The notes beneath the pieces are model-generated. The model did not search any database and was not told the origin of the DNA. It worked only from the letters and a program-made list of their open reading frames with translations. A stretch of DNA of 64,000 bases, from NCBI RefSeq assembly GCF_030028105.1, contig NC_092391.1, forward strand, positions 25,083,223 to 25,147,222, given 5' to 3'. Positions 1 through 12,779 of the stretch are shown here, one piece after another (the stretch's first letter is position 1; every line of letters starts with the position of its first letter). Position numbers and translations under genes: made by a program. This DNA is from Mobula birostris (taxonomy: Eukaryota).

Positions 1-1136
1 CATACCAAATAACACATAAAAATACACAGCCTATATAAAGTAGAAATAATGTATGTACAGTGTAGTATCACTTACCGGAATTGGGAAGACAGGGCCGAGC
101 ACACTGATGATGGTGTGTTAGGCGGTGTCATCGGAGGCTGGGGTGGTGCAGTGGTCCCCAACCTCCAGGCTGCTGACCGATACTGATCCGTGGAAAATGC
201 AGCGGCAACCGGGACGCACCCAGCACATCTTTAAGAAAAAAGCCGAAATTACAAGCTAATTAATTAGGTGCCGCCCAGCACGTAAATGTCAGCCCAGAGC
301 AGAGGCGACGCAATCGGGAATTGCCTCTGATCTGGGCCGACATTTATGTGCCGGGCGACACCTAATTAATTAGCTTGTCTATTTGGGCTTTTTTCTTAAA
401 GATGTGCTGAGTGCGTCCCGGCTACCGCGGCAATGTATCGGTACGTGGCCCGGGGGTGGGGGGTTGGGGTGGTGGGACACTGTGGTGTCATCTCATTGTC
501 GTCCGATTCCATCAGGGCAGGCAGGTCATCTTCTATGTCTGTCTGCCTCAGTGTCGAAGGTCGAGGTTCGTCGTCTGCTGTGGCTGATGTGGAAGGCTTG
601 AAAAATGACAGTATGCTTGTCTGCTAGCCTTGCGCATTTTTCTATCATCTCACGCAGTTGCTTCACATTCAGTTCCTGGATGACTTCACTTTCGGTCCGT
701 TCGCTACTGCATTCGGTTTCGATTGTTATCCTTTCCTCTTCCAATTGTATCAGCTCTTCATCTATCAGTTCTTGGTCATGGGATGCCAAAACCTCTTCAC
801 CATCATCTTTGTCAACTTCCACAAGCCAAACTCAGTTTGTCCTTACTTCGTTCACCACGATCGAAATGCTCAATTATGTCTAGTTTTACGCTAAGTGTAA
901 CACCCTTATGAGCTCTTTTAGGCTTTTCGACACTTTAGAACTCATCTTGCTAACGGCTGCTCACAGGCACCTGTTTAAGCAATGCCGTTCCGGGAGAGGA
1001 GCTTGGCTGCTCAGGGCACGCGCTGCCTTTTTTCTTAACAGTGAAAACACCTGTTAGCGAAATCAGGTAACTAGTGTAGGTCTTTCGTAACAGCGAGGTT
1101 TCGTAAAGCGAACGTTTGAAAGGCAGGGGACACCTG
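1..1136 (-). mobile_element. Tigger/pogo-like DNA transposon remnant (other end outside the window)
   Basis: Terminal CAGGTGTCCCC...TTCGCTTTACGAAACC on the minus strand ending at 1136. ORF 526-822 (EVDKDDGEEVLASHDQELIDEEL) resembles a Tigger transposase C-terminus. Confidence 0.7.
149..466. mobile_element. Palindromic hAT-type MITE nested in the Tigger element
   Basis: CAGTGGTCCCCAACC terminus; ~100 bp internal inverted arms (about 202-428); 8 bp direct repeat GGGTGGTG at 141-148 and 467-474. Confidence 0.65.
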
Positions 1137-1244
1137 TGCTACTGCTGCATTAATAACTTGCCTTAAACACATCAACACTTTACACAGTGGTCTCAATAAA
1201 TGTTATTAATTGAAATAGTAACTATCAACACAACCTATAACCCC

Positions 1245-1830
1245 TATGGATCTGGGGTTGAGAGGGTGAACAGCTTTAAAGTTCCTTGGCATAAGTATCA
1301 CTTGAGGATCTCATGTGGTCTGTACATACCAGCTGATGAAGTTTGGTATAGCACCCCAAATTCTAAGAGCTTTTTAATAGGGACACGCTTGAGAGCATCC
1401 TGACTGGCTGCATCACTGCCTGGTAAGGGAACTGTACTTCCCTCAATCACAAGACTCTGCAGAGAGTGGTGCGGACAGCCCAGCGCATCTGTAGTTGTGA
1501 ACTTCCCACTACTCACGACATTTACAAAGACAGCTGTGTAAAAAGGGCCCAAAGGATCATTGGAGACCCGTCACCCCAACCACAAACTGTTCCAGCTGCT
1601 ACCATCCAGGAAATGGTACCGCAGCATAAAAGCCAGAACCAACAGGCTCCAGGACAGCTTCCTCCACCAGCCCATCAGACTGCTTAAATCATGCTGACAC
1701 GACTGTATTTCTATGTTATAATGACTATCCTGTTGTACATATTATAAATTACAATTGCACATTGCACATTTAGATGGAGACATAACGTAAAAATTTTTAC
1801 TCAGGTTTATGAAGGATGTAAGAAAGTCAA
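1245..1830 (+). mobile_element. Rex/Babar-type LINE 3' fragment
   Basis: Frameshifted VERVNSFK...RVVRTAQRI...PSRKWYRSIKARTNRLQDSF remnants. Confidence 0.7.
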
Positions 1831-1864
1831 TTCAATTACCTATTATTTCCAAGGAAAATTGATG

Positions 1865-2180
1865 ATGAGAGGCATTGATTGTGTGGATAGTCAGGCTTTT
1901 TCCCCCAAGGCTGAAATGGCTAGCACGGGAGGGCACAGTTTTAAGGGGCAGAGGAGATGTCAGGATTAAGTAAACACGAGTGGTGAGTGCTTGGAATGGG
2001 CTGCCGGCAACGGTGGTGGAGGCAGATACGATAGGGTCTTTTAAGAGACTCCTGGATAGGTACATGGAGCTTAGAAAAATAGAGGATTATGGGTAACTAG
2101 GTAATTTCTAAGGTAAGGACATGTTCAGCACAGCTTTGTGGGCCAAAGAACCTGTATGGTGCTGTAGGTTTTCTATGTTT
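1865..2180 (+). mobile_element. CR1-type LINE 3' fragment
   Basis: MRGIDCVDSQ...VVSAWNGLPATVVEADT...FKRLLDRYM tail, recurring at about 58300-58510 and 59830-59950. Confidence 0.7.
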
Positions 2181-4076
2181 CGAAAACAAACTTAGTTTTC
2201 ATGATTTGATGAATCATTTCATGATTTCACTTTTTTGAATTATACAAAAATACTGAAGTTACTGTCTCCAAGCTCCAAATACTTTTAATTCCTCTGTGAA
2301 AATGAATTTCTCTTCAACTTACTAAAATATTTTATTTTCTGAAAGTTGTTAAATTACATTAACTAACTATATATGTCAGACACTGGTGAAAGACAGCATG
2401 GCAGTTTGCCAAATGGCTGGTGGGGAGTGTGGTCACTGTGTATGTAGTTATTACAATAGATAAGCCAGTTCAAGATCAGACCAAGCCAAAGCAAGATTAT
2501 CAAGGTGGATGGATCCTTATAAGTTCCAACGCTGGTCAGTGATGTCAAACACCTAGTTTCTCCAGTTTGGGTTTTGCCTTCAGCACTTGAATTTAGACTT
2601 CAGAGCCATGGTCAAAATGTGGAACCAGTAGCTTGGTGAGAACAAATCCTTGCAGTATCAAGTCAGCAGTTGGTTTAGTGTGGCATCAAGGAGCCCTGCA
2701 AAAACTGAACTCAACGGGATCAAGCAAATACCACTTCGCTAAAGTCATACCTTGCACAAAGAAAGATGATTGAGATCGTTGCTGATAAATCATTCTAGTC
2801 CCAAGGTATCAACGCATGAATTTCTCTGGTCACGTCCTCGCTCCTAATCTACAGTATTCCATCATTCAGTCAGAACAACTACTTCCCAGACCCTCAACAA
2901 AAACTAACAAATATCAATTAAAATTTAAGTCAGTACAAGTCAGGATACTTGGGTGGGCATACTAGTCTGCCCCACAAAGCCAAAGTAATGTCAAACCAGA
3001 AACAGACCTGACAACAGTGAAGGCAACGTACTTCCCAAAAGCTGCTCACAAAAACTGCAATCATTGTAGTAAGTGGTGTTGTATGTTCAATCGTATCCAG
3101 CAATCACAATGTCATGTGGTTGAATAACACCCAATCTGATTGAAAAACACAAATAACCAGTAAAACCACAATCATTGCTATTTTTATGCATTGAAGTGCT
3201 CAAGCTTAGAAAACACACAAACAAATAAGGACAAGTATTTAATAATTTTAAAAAATTATTACATCTTGAATTCAAGAAAATTACAATATTAAGGATATTT
3301 GTTCTCAATTGTACTTATCACTTAATAGAACTTTGAAATGTAATTTAGAACTCATCCTGTCAAAAAGCATTATTTTTTAAAAATGAGTATTTTAGTCCAG
3401 GTTTCACTATTACAATCAAGAGAAACTGATCAAATTAAAAACTGAAAAGCAGCACGACACACAGAAGAGCTGGATCACTAAATAATGTGTTAAACTGCTT
3501 TCAGTTTTACAATGAACTGACAGCAAATGTTGCTAGTACTGCTTTCATCATAATGCCAGATAGTGTTTTTTACCACCTCACCAGTGGTGACTGCAGGGTT
3601 TTTTTGGGGGGGGGGGGGGAAGGTTACAGTTGCTGCAACGAATGTGGGTTCCTAGGTTCTACTTCTCATGAAAAATATGTAGGTAAATAGGGATCTTGAT
3701 TACCCTGATCCACACCCTCAGTAGCCTCAAAATCCCTGCAAAACCTCTTTAGTGTCTGTCTCAGTAGATATACATGCAAGTGGAAATTGAGCAGATTAGA
3801 GAAGATTGGGTAATCCTCCACAATGCTGGATGGGAACAGCTAATTGAAAGCTGCTACCAGGCTGATTCCGTTTCTCGCAAGATGCAACCTGTGTATACTA
3901 GACTAAGGAATTAAAAGTTCTGGTTCTTAAATACTTTGTATTACAAAAATATTACAGACTAATATTAAAATGTTTAAAAATATTTAAATATGCTGAATTA
4001 GTTCATAATGTACAAGCGAGAAATGCTGGAGTTGGGGAAAATATTCTCCAGCACTTTGCACCAGGTCTTCAGTCAG

Positions 4077-4315
4077 TCAATCTGCCACTTCATTAGCAAG
4101 TTGCTCAAGTAAAATCATCTCTCTTGGTCGTTGCTTCATCAGTTCTGCATTCAGCTGCCAGATTTTGACACTTCCTTTTGCATTACCAGCTGCAAGCAGC
4201 TGCGGTTGTTTTGGATTAAAAGCCAGGCAGTAAACTGGTTTGTTCTCAGCACACTGTTCAATAGAAATTGAGGGATACAGAGAGCTCTGACCAAGATCAC
4301 AAACCAGCACAGTTC
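4077..4315 (-). CDS. DYNC2I2: WDR34 coding exon 8 (last)
   Basis: GTVLVCDLGQSS...PVYCLAFNPKQPQLLAAGNAKGSVKIWQL...LANEVAD-stop. All intron phases join into 1503 nt, 500 aa. Confidence 0.95.
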
Positions 4316-4484
4316 CTGTAAATATAAAAAGAACACTCATTATTTAAGGCTAAAAATATCCCTCTCACACAATGATTTAAGATATTGAGATAAGGCAGTA
4401 ACCTTTAATTTGAATATAAATTTTAACAATTCATTAGAAACAGAATAACTTGGAGGCTCTGTTTCCATCTCAGAGTTAGCATAT

Positions 4485-5790
4485 CAAGTCAAGTCAAGTC
4501 AAGTCACTTTCTATTGTCATTTCGACCATAACTGCTGGTACAGTACACAGTAAAAACGAGACAACGTTTTTCAGGACCATGGTGCTACATGAACAAAACA
4601 TAAACTACACTGAACTACGTAAAACAACACTAAACTACACTAGACTACAGACCTACCCAGGACAGCATAAAGTGCACAAAACAGTGCAGGCATTACAATA
4701 AATAATAAACAAGACAATAGGCACAGTAGAGGGCAGTAGGTTGGTGTCAGTCCAGGCTCTGGGTATTGAGGAGTCTGATGGCTTGGGGGAAGAAACTGTT
4801 ACATAGTCTGGCCGTGACAGCCCGAATACTTTGGTGCCTTTTGCCAGATGGCAGGAGGGAGAAGAGTTTGTATGAGGGGTGCGTGGGGTCCCTTATAATG
4901 CAGTTTGCTTTACGGATGCAGCATGTGGTGTAAATGTCTGTAATGGTGGGAAGAGCGGTCCCAATGATCTTCTCAGCTGACCTCACTATCCGCTGCAGGG
5001 TCTTGCGATCCGAGATGGTGCAATTTCTGAACCAGGCAGTGATGCAGCTGCTCAGGATGCTCTCAATACAACCTCTGTAGAATGTGGTGAGGATGGAGGG
5101 GCGGGTGGGAGATGGACTTTTCTCAGCCTTCGCAGAAAGTAGAGGTGCTGCTGGGCTTTCTTTGCTATGGAGCTGGTGTTGAGGGACCAGGTGAAATTCT
5201 CCGCCAGGTGAACACCAAGAAACTTGGTGCTCCTAACGATCTCTACGGAGGAATCGTCGATGTTCAGCGGAGAGCGGTCGTTCCGTGTCCTCCTGAAGTC
5301 AACAACCATCCCTTTTGTTTTGTTTACAGTCAGAGACAGGTTGTTGGCTCTGCACCAGTCCGTTAACCGCTGCACCTCCTCTCTGTATGCTGACTCATCG
5401 TTCTTGCTGATGAGACCCACCACGGTCGTGTCATCGGCGAACTTGATGATGTGGTTTGAGCTGTGTGTTGCAGCACGGTTGTGGGTCAGCAGAGTGAACA
5501 GCAGTGGACTGAGCACACAGCCCGGGGGGGGCCCCTGTGCTCAGTGTGATGGTGTTGGAGATGCTGCTTCCAATCCAGACTGACTGAGGTCTCCCAGTTA
5601 GGAAGTCTAGGATCCAGTTGCAGAGGGAGGTGTTCAGGCCCAGTAGGTTCAGCTTTCCGATCAGTTTCTGAGGGATGATTGTGTTGAATGCTGAACTGAA
5701 GTCTATGAACAGCATTCGAATGTACGTGTCTTTTTTGTCCAGGTGGGTTAGGGCCAGGTGGAGGATGATGGCCATATCCTCCCAGCACAC
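4485..5790 (-). mobile_element. Rex1/Babar LINE, 5'-truncated reverse transcriptase
   Basis: [22 protein letters not shown] and IIKFADD motifs; (TCAAG)n tandem tail at about 4485-4505. Confidence 0.88.
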
Positions 5791-6524
5791 CAACCTTTTA
5801 TGCAGTACTCCACCAAAAGTTTTGAAAATTGAAATGCATTACATCCACTGGTTCTCCCTCATCTATTATACAAGATACATCCTCAAAAATATTCGATTAA
5901 TATTAATTTCTCTTTCATAACCTATTCTGATTTGTAATACTTTCTCATTGTTAAAGCCGGATAGAAGACAAATTTCCACTGACTGCAGTCTAAACCACCC
6001 AGCTCTTTGCAAAATGTACGTAGGGCACAGAAAATATCCTACAGCTAACAGTGCGAGTAAATGTTTGCCTTTATTTAGCAACTTTAACACTACAATGCCA
6101 AAAAAGATTCAACCCACATATTAGCTGGTGATCAAAAGCTTGATAAAATTGCAGATTTCAGGGAAGTCTTAGAACAAGGAGAAAGGACTGGGAGTGTTCA
6201 GGCTGGAGACTAAGCAAATCAAGGCACAGCTGCTGAGGAACAAAATACACATGAAAAACTAAAACTGGAGGAAGAAGAGAGATGTGAGGGTAGTAGTACG
6301 AGAGAAGGCCACAGAAAGGAAAGTGAAGGATGAAGGGATTGACAACCAAGCTGAAAGTTTTGAAAACAATATTTAAGATTACAGGCTAGAATAATCCACT
6401 GAGCACAGGGTAACATGAAAGACTCAAAGAAACCCTCTTGGATATATACAGCTTCTCTTACCAATTTGTGCATTAAGAGGAATGCATGTTCTGCCACTTA
6501 ATCTTGAACTTATGCTATAAGAAT

Positions 6525-6800
6525 GCAGTTGCTGACTGCTTAAGTAACTGGATTTGCACCAAGGGAAAGGAGTTCAAATCCTACACATAGCTGGGTAATT
6601 TAAACTCACCCATGGTTAAATTTACAGGTTATCATGTAAATAAAACAGCTGGTTCAGGAAAAGAAATCTGCTTTTCTTATCGAATCTGGCCTACAACCCA
6701 ACTTATTGATTTTATTGACTCTTAATTGCTTCCTCACTTCAGGGTGGTAAATGCAGGCTTGACCAGTGTCCTCTGCATCACAGGGATACATTTTTTTAAA
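6525..6800 (+). mobile_element. Decayed tRNA-derived SINE with a CR1-like tail
   Basis: B-box-like GAGTTCAAATCC; typical shark-SINE 3' end. Confidence 0.4.
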
Positions 6801-6871
6801 TCAGGTCTTTAAAATTTCCCATCAAAACAAAACCCAAGGTTTTAAAAATATCATACAGTAACTGCACTTAC

Positions 6872-7029
6872 CCTCTCCTGTGGCTGCAGCAAAGACTAGA
6901 GGTCGGACTGGAGACCAGCAAACACTGAAGAGGTATGTTTGAGATAACTGAAGAGAAAGAATTGGCTTGGCTTGCAACATGGAGTATAGATGAACATGTC
7001 CATCAGTGCCAGCAGTGAGAAAAAGGTTT
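6872..7029 (-). CDS. DYNC2I2: WDR34 coding exon 7
   Basis: [52 protein letters not shown]; CAG acceptor, GTAAGT donor; 158 nt. Confidence 0.95.
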
Positions 7030-7159
7030 CTGGGAGAAGAACATTCAAAACTTAAGCATTTATCTAAATATACAAATGTACAGTTAATGTGCTGGACTAG
7101 TCTAATTTACCAGAAATGTGAACTTACAGCTACACATTCAAAATTTCGGAATACCCAAA

Positions 7160-7400
7160 AATGATATGCATTCATGCTGTAATGAATGAAAAGCAGCATC
7201 CAGATTGTCGATTTATTGTACATTGACAAATAAATATTTATCCGGACACTAAGTAAAAATACTTAGCTCTTCTTTTAAATTTTACCTTTACATCCATTAA
7301 CAGACACCACAGAACTGCATCTCTAGCAGTGCAACAATTTTCAATACTGCACTGAAGTTCTGCGAAATGAAAAAGGCTGCAGAGTCCTGAAAGTCTACTA
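7160..7400 (-). mobile_element. Ancient DeuSINE (SacSINE/AmnSINE-like) remnant
   Basis: Degenerate taaatatt..ccggacact and gcagtgcaac...caatactgcactgaagt blocks recognised from memory of the family. Confidence 0.4.
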
Positions 7401-7649
7401 GTCCTAATTAATTGGGGTTTACAACTTTAATTTGTACAGGGTTAAATAATGTGTAGGTCAGGTATCAAGTGTTTCTTCCCTCCCCTCCCGGTCCTGAAGA
7501 AAAATACATTACTGAGCTGCAGCATACAATTTATATAGTTAAACCAGTTAACTGAATTCCTTCAAGGAAAAACTAAATTTGTTTCTGGCTGGTCTGGCTA
7601 CCACTTCTTAAAAAGGTAGGTGTATGGAATTATCAATGACGGCCTTATG

Positions 7650-9900
7650 CAGGAAAGGTAAAACGCTAATGAGAAAGCAAACTTGTAAGGAGAGGTCCCA
7701 TCCTTTGTGATTATAAATTAGCAATTTTAAGAAAATCTTGCAATTGTACAAAGGCAGAAGAGAGAATACTTTAAAAATTAGTAAAGAAAGAATAACAAAT
7801 ATAGGAACAGATAGTAAAAGGGTTTACAGATAGTTTCAAAGATGCTCAACAAAGAAAACGCGGGTCCCACAGAAAACAAGTCTTGGCAATTAATAATGAA
7901 AAACCAAGGAGTTGACAGATGCATTAAACAGGAACTTGGCGTCATTCTGCACTGTATACTGGAATACAAATCATCCCAGAAAAGGATGGTACTCATGAGT
8001 TAGGAGAACTCAGGAAAATTATCAACAGTAATGCCATGGTCCTGTACAAATTGTTGGAGTTGCAGGCTGATGGACAAGTGACAAGTTACTGCACTAGTTT
8101 TAATTTCTAAATTTTCCTAGACTGAGTGAAAAATCCTTTGGATTCTAAGATAACAAACATTTTTATTTGCAAAGGAAGGCAGAAAGCAGGAAATTAAGAG
8201 GATAATTACCATAGCATCTTTCATACAGAGCATGTTATTATTAAAGCTATTGGAAATGTAATTGCAGACCATTTAGAAAAAGAAGTGTGATAATTGGCCA
8301 TGTTAGCATAGTGTAGTGAAAGGAAAATAATGTTTGGTCCATTTAAAAACCAGCATACGCAAAACATAAAAGAAAATCTGCAGATTACTACAACTGGATT
8401 TCTAAAAGACGTTGATAAGCACTATATCCTTGTCATTATATTACCTTCTACACTAAGCTTTTATTTTCTGCAATAACTTTTGATAGATGATTGGTTTTCA
8501 ATACAAAATTGGATCTTTTCGTGAAGGGCAAATGGTGTACCACAATCTCAGCCTTTTCCTTTTACAATTTTTATAAATAACTTGCAGGAAGGGGAGGCAC
8601 ATAAAAGTACAACTGGTAAATTATATCATAGCTACATCTGTGTCAGGATTATGCAGCAGGAAAATATGCCCTTCTGCCCAACTCATCCAAGCTGACAAAG
8701 GTGCCTCCCTGGGTGCCATTTTTTTGTCCTTTACCCTCCAGCCCCCGCCCAGTTGATCCGGATCCTGTTGTAACCCAAGACAATCCTCTTCACTGTCACT
8801 ACAGCACTCATTCTGGTGCCATCTGCAAACTATGCCACCTACAATCTCATCTAAATCATTAACATGATGAACAGTGGACTTTACAGAGATCCCTTCAGCA
8901 CACTACCGGTCACAGTCTTCAGTCTAAAAAACAACCCTCCACTACCACCCTCCAACTCCTTCCACTAAGCCACAGAGACAATGCCCACCACCCTGCCCTC
9001 ATCAATTCCCTTGGACACTTCAAGCAAATTTGTGAGACACGACTTCCCACACACAAAGCCATTCCAACTATCCCTAATTACTCCTTCCCTTCTCAAATAC
9101 AAGCACATCCAATCTTTCACTATGCCTCCACTAACTTTGCCACCACTGACATAAGTCTCACTGACCTGTTGTTCTTTGGCTTGTCCTTGCAATTTGAAAG
9201 GTAGGAAAATAAGTTCTGAAGAAGACATAAGGAAGTTGCAAGAGATGTAGGCATGTCAAATAAGTAGGGAAATAAATGGCAAACAAACTATAATGTGGGA
9301 AAATATGTATATAGTTATTCATTTTGGTAGAACAAGAAATTAAAGGGCGTATAATATAAATGGTGAGAGATTGGAGCTCAAGGTGACCTGATGCATGATT
9401 CGGAAAAGACAAGTATGAGAAAAACTAAGAGACTGTTATATTAATGTTAGGGGAATAGAATTGAAAAGTATAGATATTATGCTTCCCTTATACAGGATAT
9501 TGATGACACACATCTGGAATATTGTGTAAGCAGATAAAAATAATTATTAGCACAAGCTGTGAAATGGGCAGGAAAGGAAGGAAAGCCTAAACCTGTTTGT
9601 TCTGGAGTTCACTAGCTTAAGAAGTGACTTGAGTGAAGCTCATAATATCCAGAGAGGTCTTGACAGGTTCGATATGGAAGAATTTAGAATAACAGGTCAG
9701 TTTGGAAAAAAAATGAAGACAAGATGATTTTTCTCTAAATGGGTCACAATTCTTCCGAACCCACTTACTCATAGGGCACTACAACCAGAGTAACTGAATA
9801 TTTGTAAAGCAGATTCTTGCTAAGCATGGGGTTGGATGGTTCCAATGAGTGGAGGCAATGAAGAATAAACTCAAGGGACCAAACAGCCGACACCTGCTCC
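7650..9900. mobile_element. Old CR1 LINE (plus) with a nested opposite-strand CR1 piece at about 8640-9190
   Basis: GFVCGKSCLTNLLE in the minus ORF 8965-9228; degenerate CR1 RT pieces on plus on both sides. Confidence 0.65.
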
Positions 9901-10020
9901 TAATTAGCATGCTATCGCTTAGAATTGTTTAATAATCTAAACAGGGAGATTTCAGAGGGATTTTCCCAATTTTTATATTTCTCCTGATCTACTCCCACTT
10001 TTCATTGTTCATATACACAC

Positions 10021-10247
10021 CTGTGAAATGGTGAGCAGGCAACAGCATGCACAGAACCACAGTGGGGGGAGAAGGTAAATTGGGCTGGTGCTTTCAATGG
10101 AACAGAACCGGAGCTCAGCGTTGCACGAGTCAGAACCTCTGTTGAACATTTCAGCACGTAACCACCCTCCACACCAGTAATGAATACAGTCTTGTCCAGG
10201 TGAGAGAAAGAGAGAGCAGTCACACCAAAAGTAGTGTTCCCACGAAC
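10021..10247 (-). CDS. DYNC2I2: WDR34 coding exon 6
   Basis: VRGNTTFGVTALSFS...VPLKAPAQFTFSPHCGSVHAVACSPFH(R); CAG acceptor, GTGTGT donor; 227 nt. Confidence 0.95.
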
Positions 10248-10414
10248 CTGGGGAATGAGTTGAGATATTAGAAGTTTGTAAGACAAAGCAATACTTCACA
10301 CAGGAAGTGTAACTAATCGATTCCAGCTTCTATGTATAGTATTACTGACTGCAGAATGCTGGAAGTTCTCATCATATCAAATGACGTCAGAGGAGCATGA
10401 AAGTAGTTTAACAT

Positions 10415-10926
10415 GAGAGGATTATTGTTCCAGACAGATTAATTTTACCATGATGATTAGGTCATAGTTAAGACCAGGTGTGTGTTTTGGGGGGTGGGGG
10501 ATGATGGGGGGGTTGGTGAGACTGTCCAATATCAAAGTCTACCTTTGGTCTCTCATCAGTTTCTCTTTTCAATGATGGTGCCTAATCTGCTGACCACTTC
10601 CAGAATATTTGACTTATTTGAATTTATTTATTTATTTTTACACACTTGCAGTACTTCTGTTTTTAGATTCCAGAATTGTTGAGTAGTCAGTGAAGCTGCA
10701 TTCCACACTGAAAATTCAGCCCATTTCAAAATAAATTTAAACTTTGCTAGCAAAATTCCCTGATCTTTTAGAGAGGAGATCCTGATGCACATAAAATTCT
10801 CATCAAATAGTCTCCAAAAGGTAGACTTTGATATAGGACAGTCTCACCAACCCCCCCACACACCTGGTCTTAACTGTGACCTAATCATCATGGTAAAATT
10901 AATCTGTCTGGAACAATAATCCTCTC
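10415..10926. repeat. Local inverted duplication (arms 10415-10548 and 10814-10926)
   Basis: Direct reading: gagaggattattgttccagacagatt...ctacctttgg reappears reverse-complemented as ccaaaaggtagac...aacaataatcctctc. Confidence 0.92.
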
Positions 10927-11309
10927 TCCAGGGATCCTGCCTGGAATGCTGCGCACTTTCAGCAACTTCACAACCTGGATCACCTATACTAGCAAGGCTG
11001 AGATTTCCCAGTCAGTTGTGGAAAGTCAATTGGATTCCAGCATGAAAACAATTTGACCCTGCTTGCCAACCATATGGCTAAAAGAGAGAAATGAAGAAGC
11101 AACTCACAAATGTTGATCTGAACACTAGTTAACTATAAAAGAAATGCAAATATTTGCTAGACAATAGCCATTGGCATGTCTTGGGTTTCCTTACCAGTGT
11201 ATTTCCATTAGAATAATGGAAAGGCTTATAGCTATGAATGCAAGTAGTTCTCAAATTTCAGACCTATCCCGGACATCTATTACAACATCAAGCTACAAAG
11301 AATGCTCAC

Positions 11310-11474
11310 CTTGAGTTTGACATTGCGTGGCATCTGCTGAACGATAAAAGCAAATCCATCCTGCACTACAAGTTGACCTTTGCCATCCATCCCCCAGATG
11401 AGAATCTTTCCATCAGTACTCGCACTCAGAATTTGAATTCTGTTACTGTGACTCAAACTCTGGTTCCACTGAAC
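11310..11474 (-). CDS. DYNC2I2: WDR34 coding exon 5
   Basis: VQWNQSLSHSNRIQILSASTDGKILIWGMDGKGQLVVQDGFAFIVQQMPRNVKLK; CAG acceptor, GTGAGC donor; 165 nt. Confidence 0.93.
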
Positions 11475-12518
11475 CTGTTTTAAAAGAGAAAAGACATTTT
11501 TTTATACTTAAAACTCTCAGGTTAGTCATTCCCTTTCTGCTATATTTGTTTCTTTGGAAAATGTGACAGTTCCTTCTCCTTTTAGGTGTTTAAATATTAG
11601 ATGAAAAGCAGTGAGACTCTCCCATACTCTACTCGCTCAAATCTGTTACCCAGTCAGTGATACACACAAGGTGTAGTTGGACAATAGGCACTACTGATTG
11701 TCTTCTGGAGTCTGGAGTTAAAAGAAAGCCAGTGTCGTCTCTTCAAGATGAAGCATTCTTCAGCCCTAGCGTTATGGGCTGACAAACTATTTCTATGAGA
11801 AATAGTTCTCATAGTAAGTAAAACCAAGGAAAGAGCATCAAACCAGACTACAGAGCAAGAAAGAAACGACTAGGATATACTAACTGCAATGGGTTGAGGA
11901 TTAAATAAGGAACAATGATTTTCTGTTTTTGCAGCCTATCTATTGACAATGCTTTCATCCATAACTGTTGTTATGTCCATCTTCCATAACCTGAGCTCAT
12001 CTAACTATTGTAATCAACCTGTACAAAGTCCCCTTCATCCATTGCCCCTGTGGCTTAGTGACCTTCTAGGTTTCAGGTCCAGAAATGTTTTAATCTTAAA
12101 AATGTCACCCTGATTTTCATATTACTGCATGGCCTCACTCAGCATGTTGCTTACAGACATACAATCTCATCACTATGCTCCTCTAATTCTGCTCCTACCC
12201 ATTCTCTCCTCCACACTCATGGTAGCTGAACAATAAATCATGCAAAAACAGAAAATCATTCCGTTACAACTCTGCATTTTTCCTCTTGTTTTAAGTTGCT
12301 CCTTAAAACAAGTCATTATCTTGCAAACATGAAATGCATCACATTGTAGTTCCCATCACACAAATAACTTGCCAAGGGCATAAATGGTGGGGTAGAAGGA
12401 GTGACATACTGAATTTTAATATTAGCTTCAATCACCCTGAAGATTTTCAACATGGTCAAATTAGTAATAAACCAACCATGGTAAGGACAATAAAATCAAC
12501 TCAGACTACATCTTTTAC

Positions 12519-12628
12519 CTGATAAACAGGCTCACGATGAGTATCTTCAGACATTCCTGATCCAGCAATTAAAGGGTCATCAGTTTTACTGCAGTTCCAT
12601 ACTAAAACTTCTCCATTGTAAAGTCCAC
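12519..12628 (-). CDS. DYNC2I2: WDR34 coding exon 4
   Basis: GGLYNGEVLVWNCSKTDDPLIAGSGMSEDTHREPVYQ; TAG acceptor, GTAAAA donor; 110 nt. Confidence 0.93.
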
Positions 12629-12779
12629 CTAAAGAAAACAGCACATAAACTTAGAACATAATCTTTCTCCTCACATATGACATTACAGTTTATTAATACA
12701 AAATATCAAGCAGCATTCATACATCAGCCAAAAAATTGAGGATTTAAGATGGACTCAGAGGAAACAGTCTGTTTTCCCC

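Noticed and set aside
1-4076. 3' end of SPTAN1, the tail-to-tail neighbour of WDR34 in human
   Set aside because: No spectrin or EF-hand exons are recognisable in this interval.
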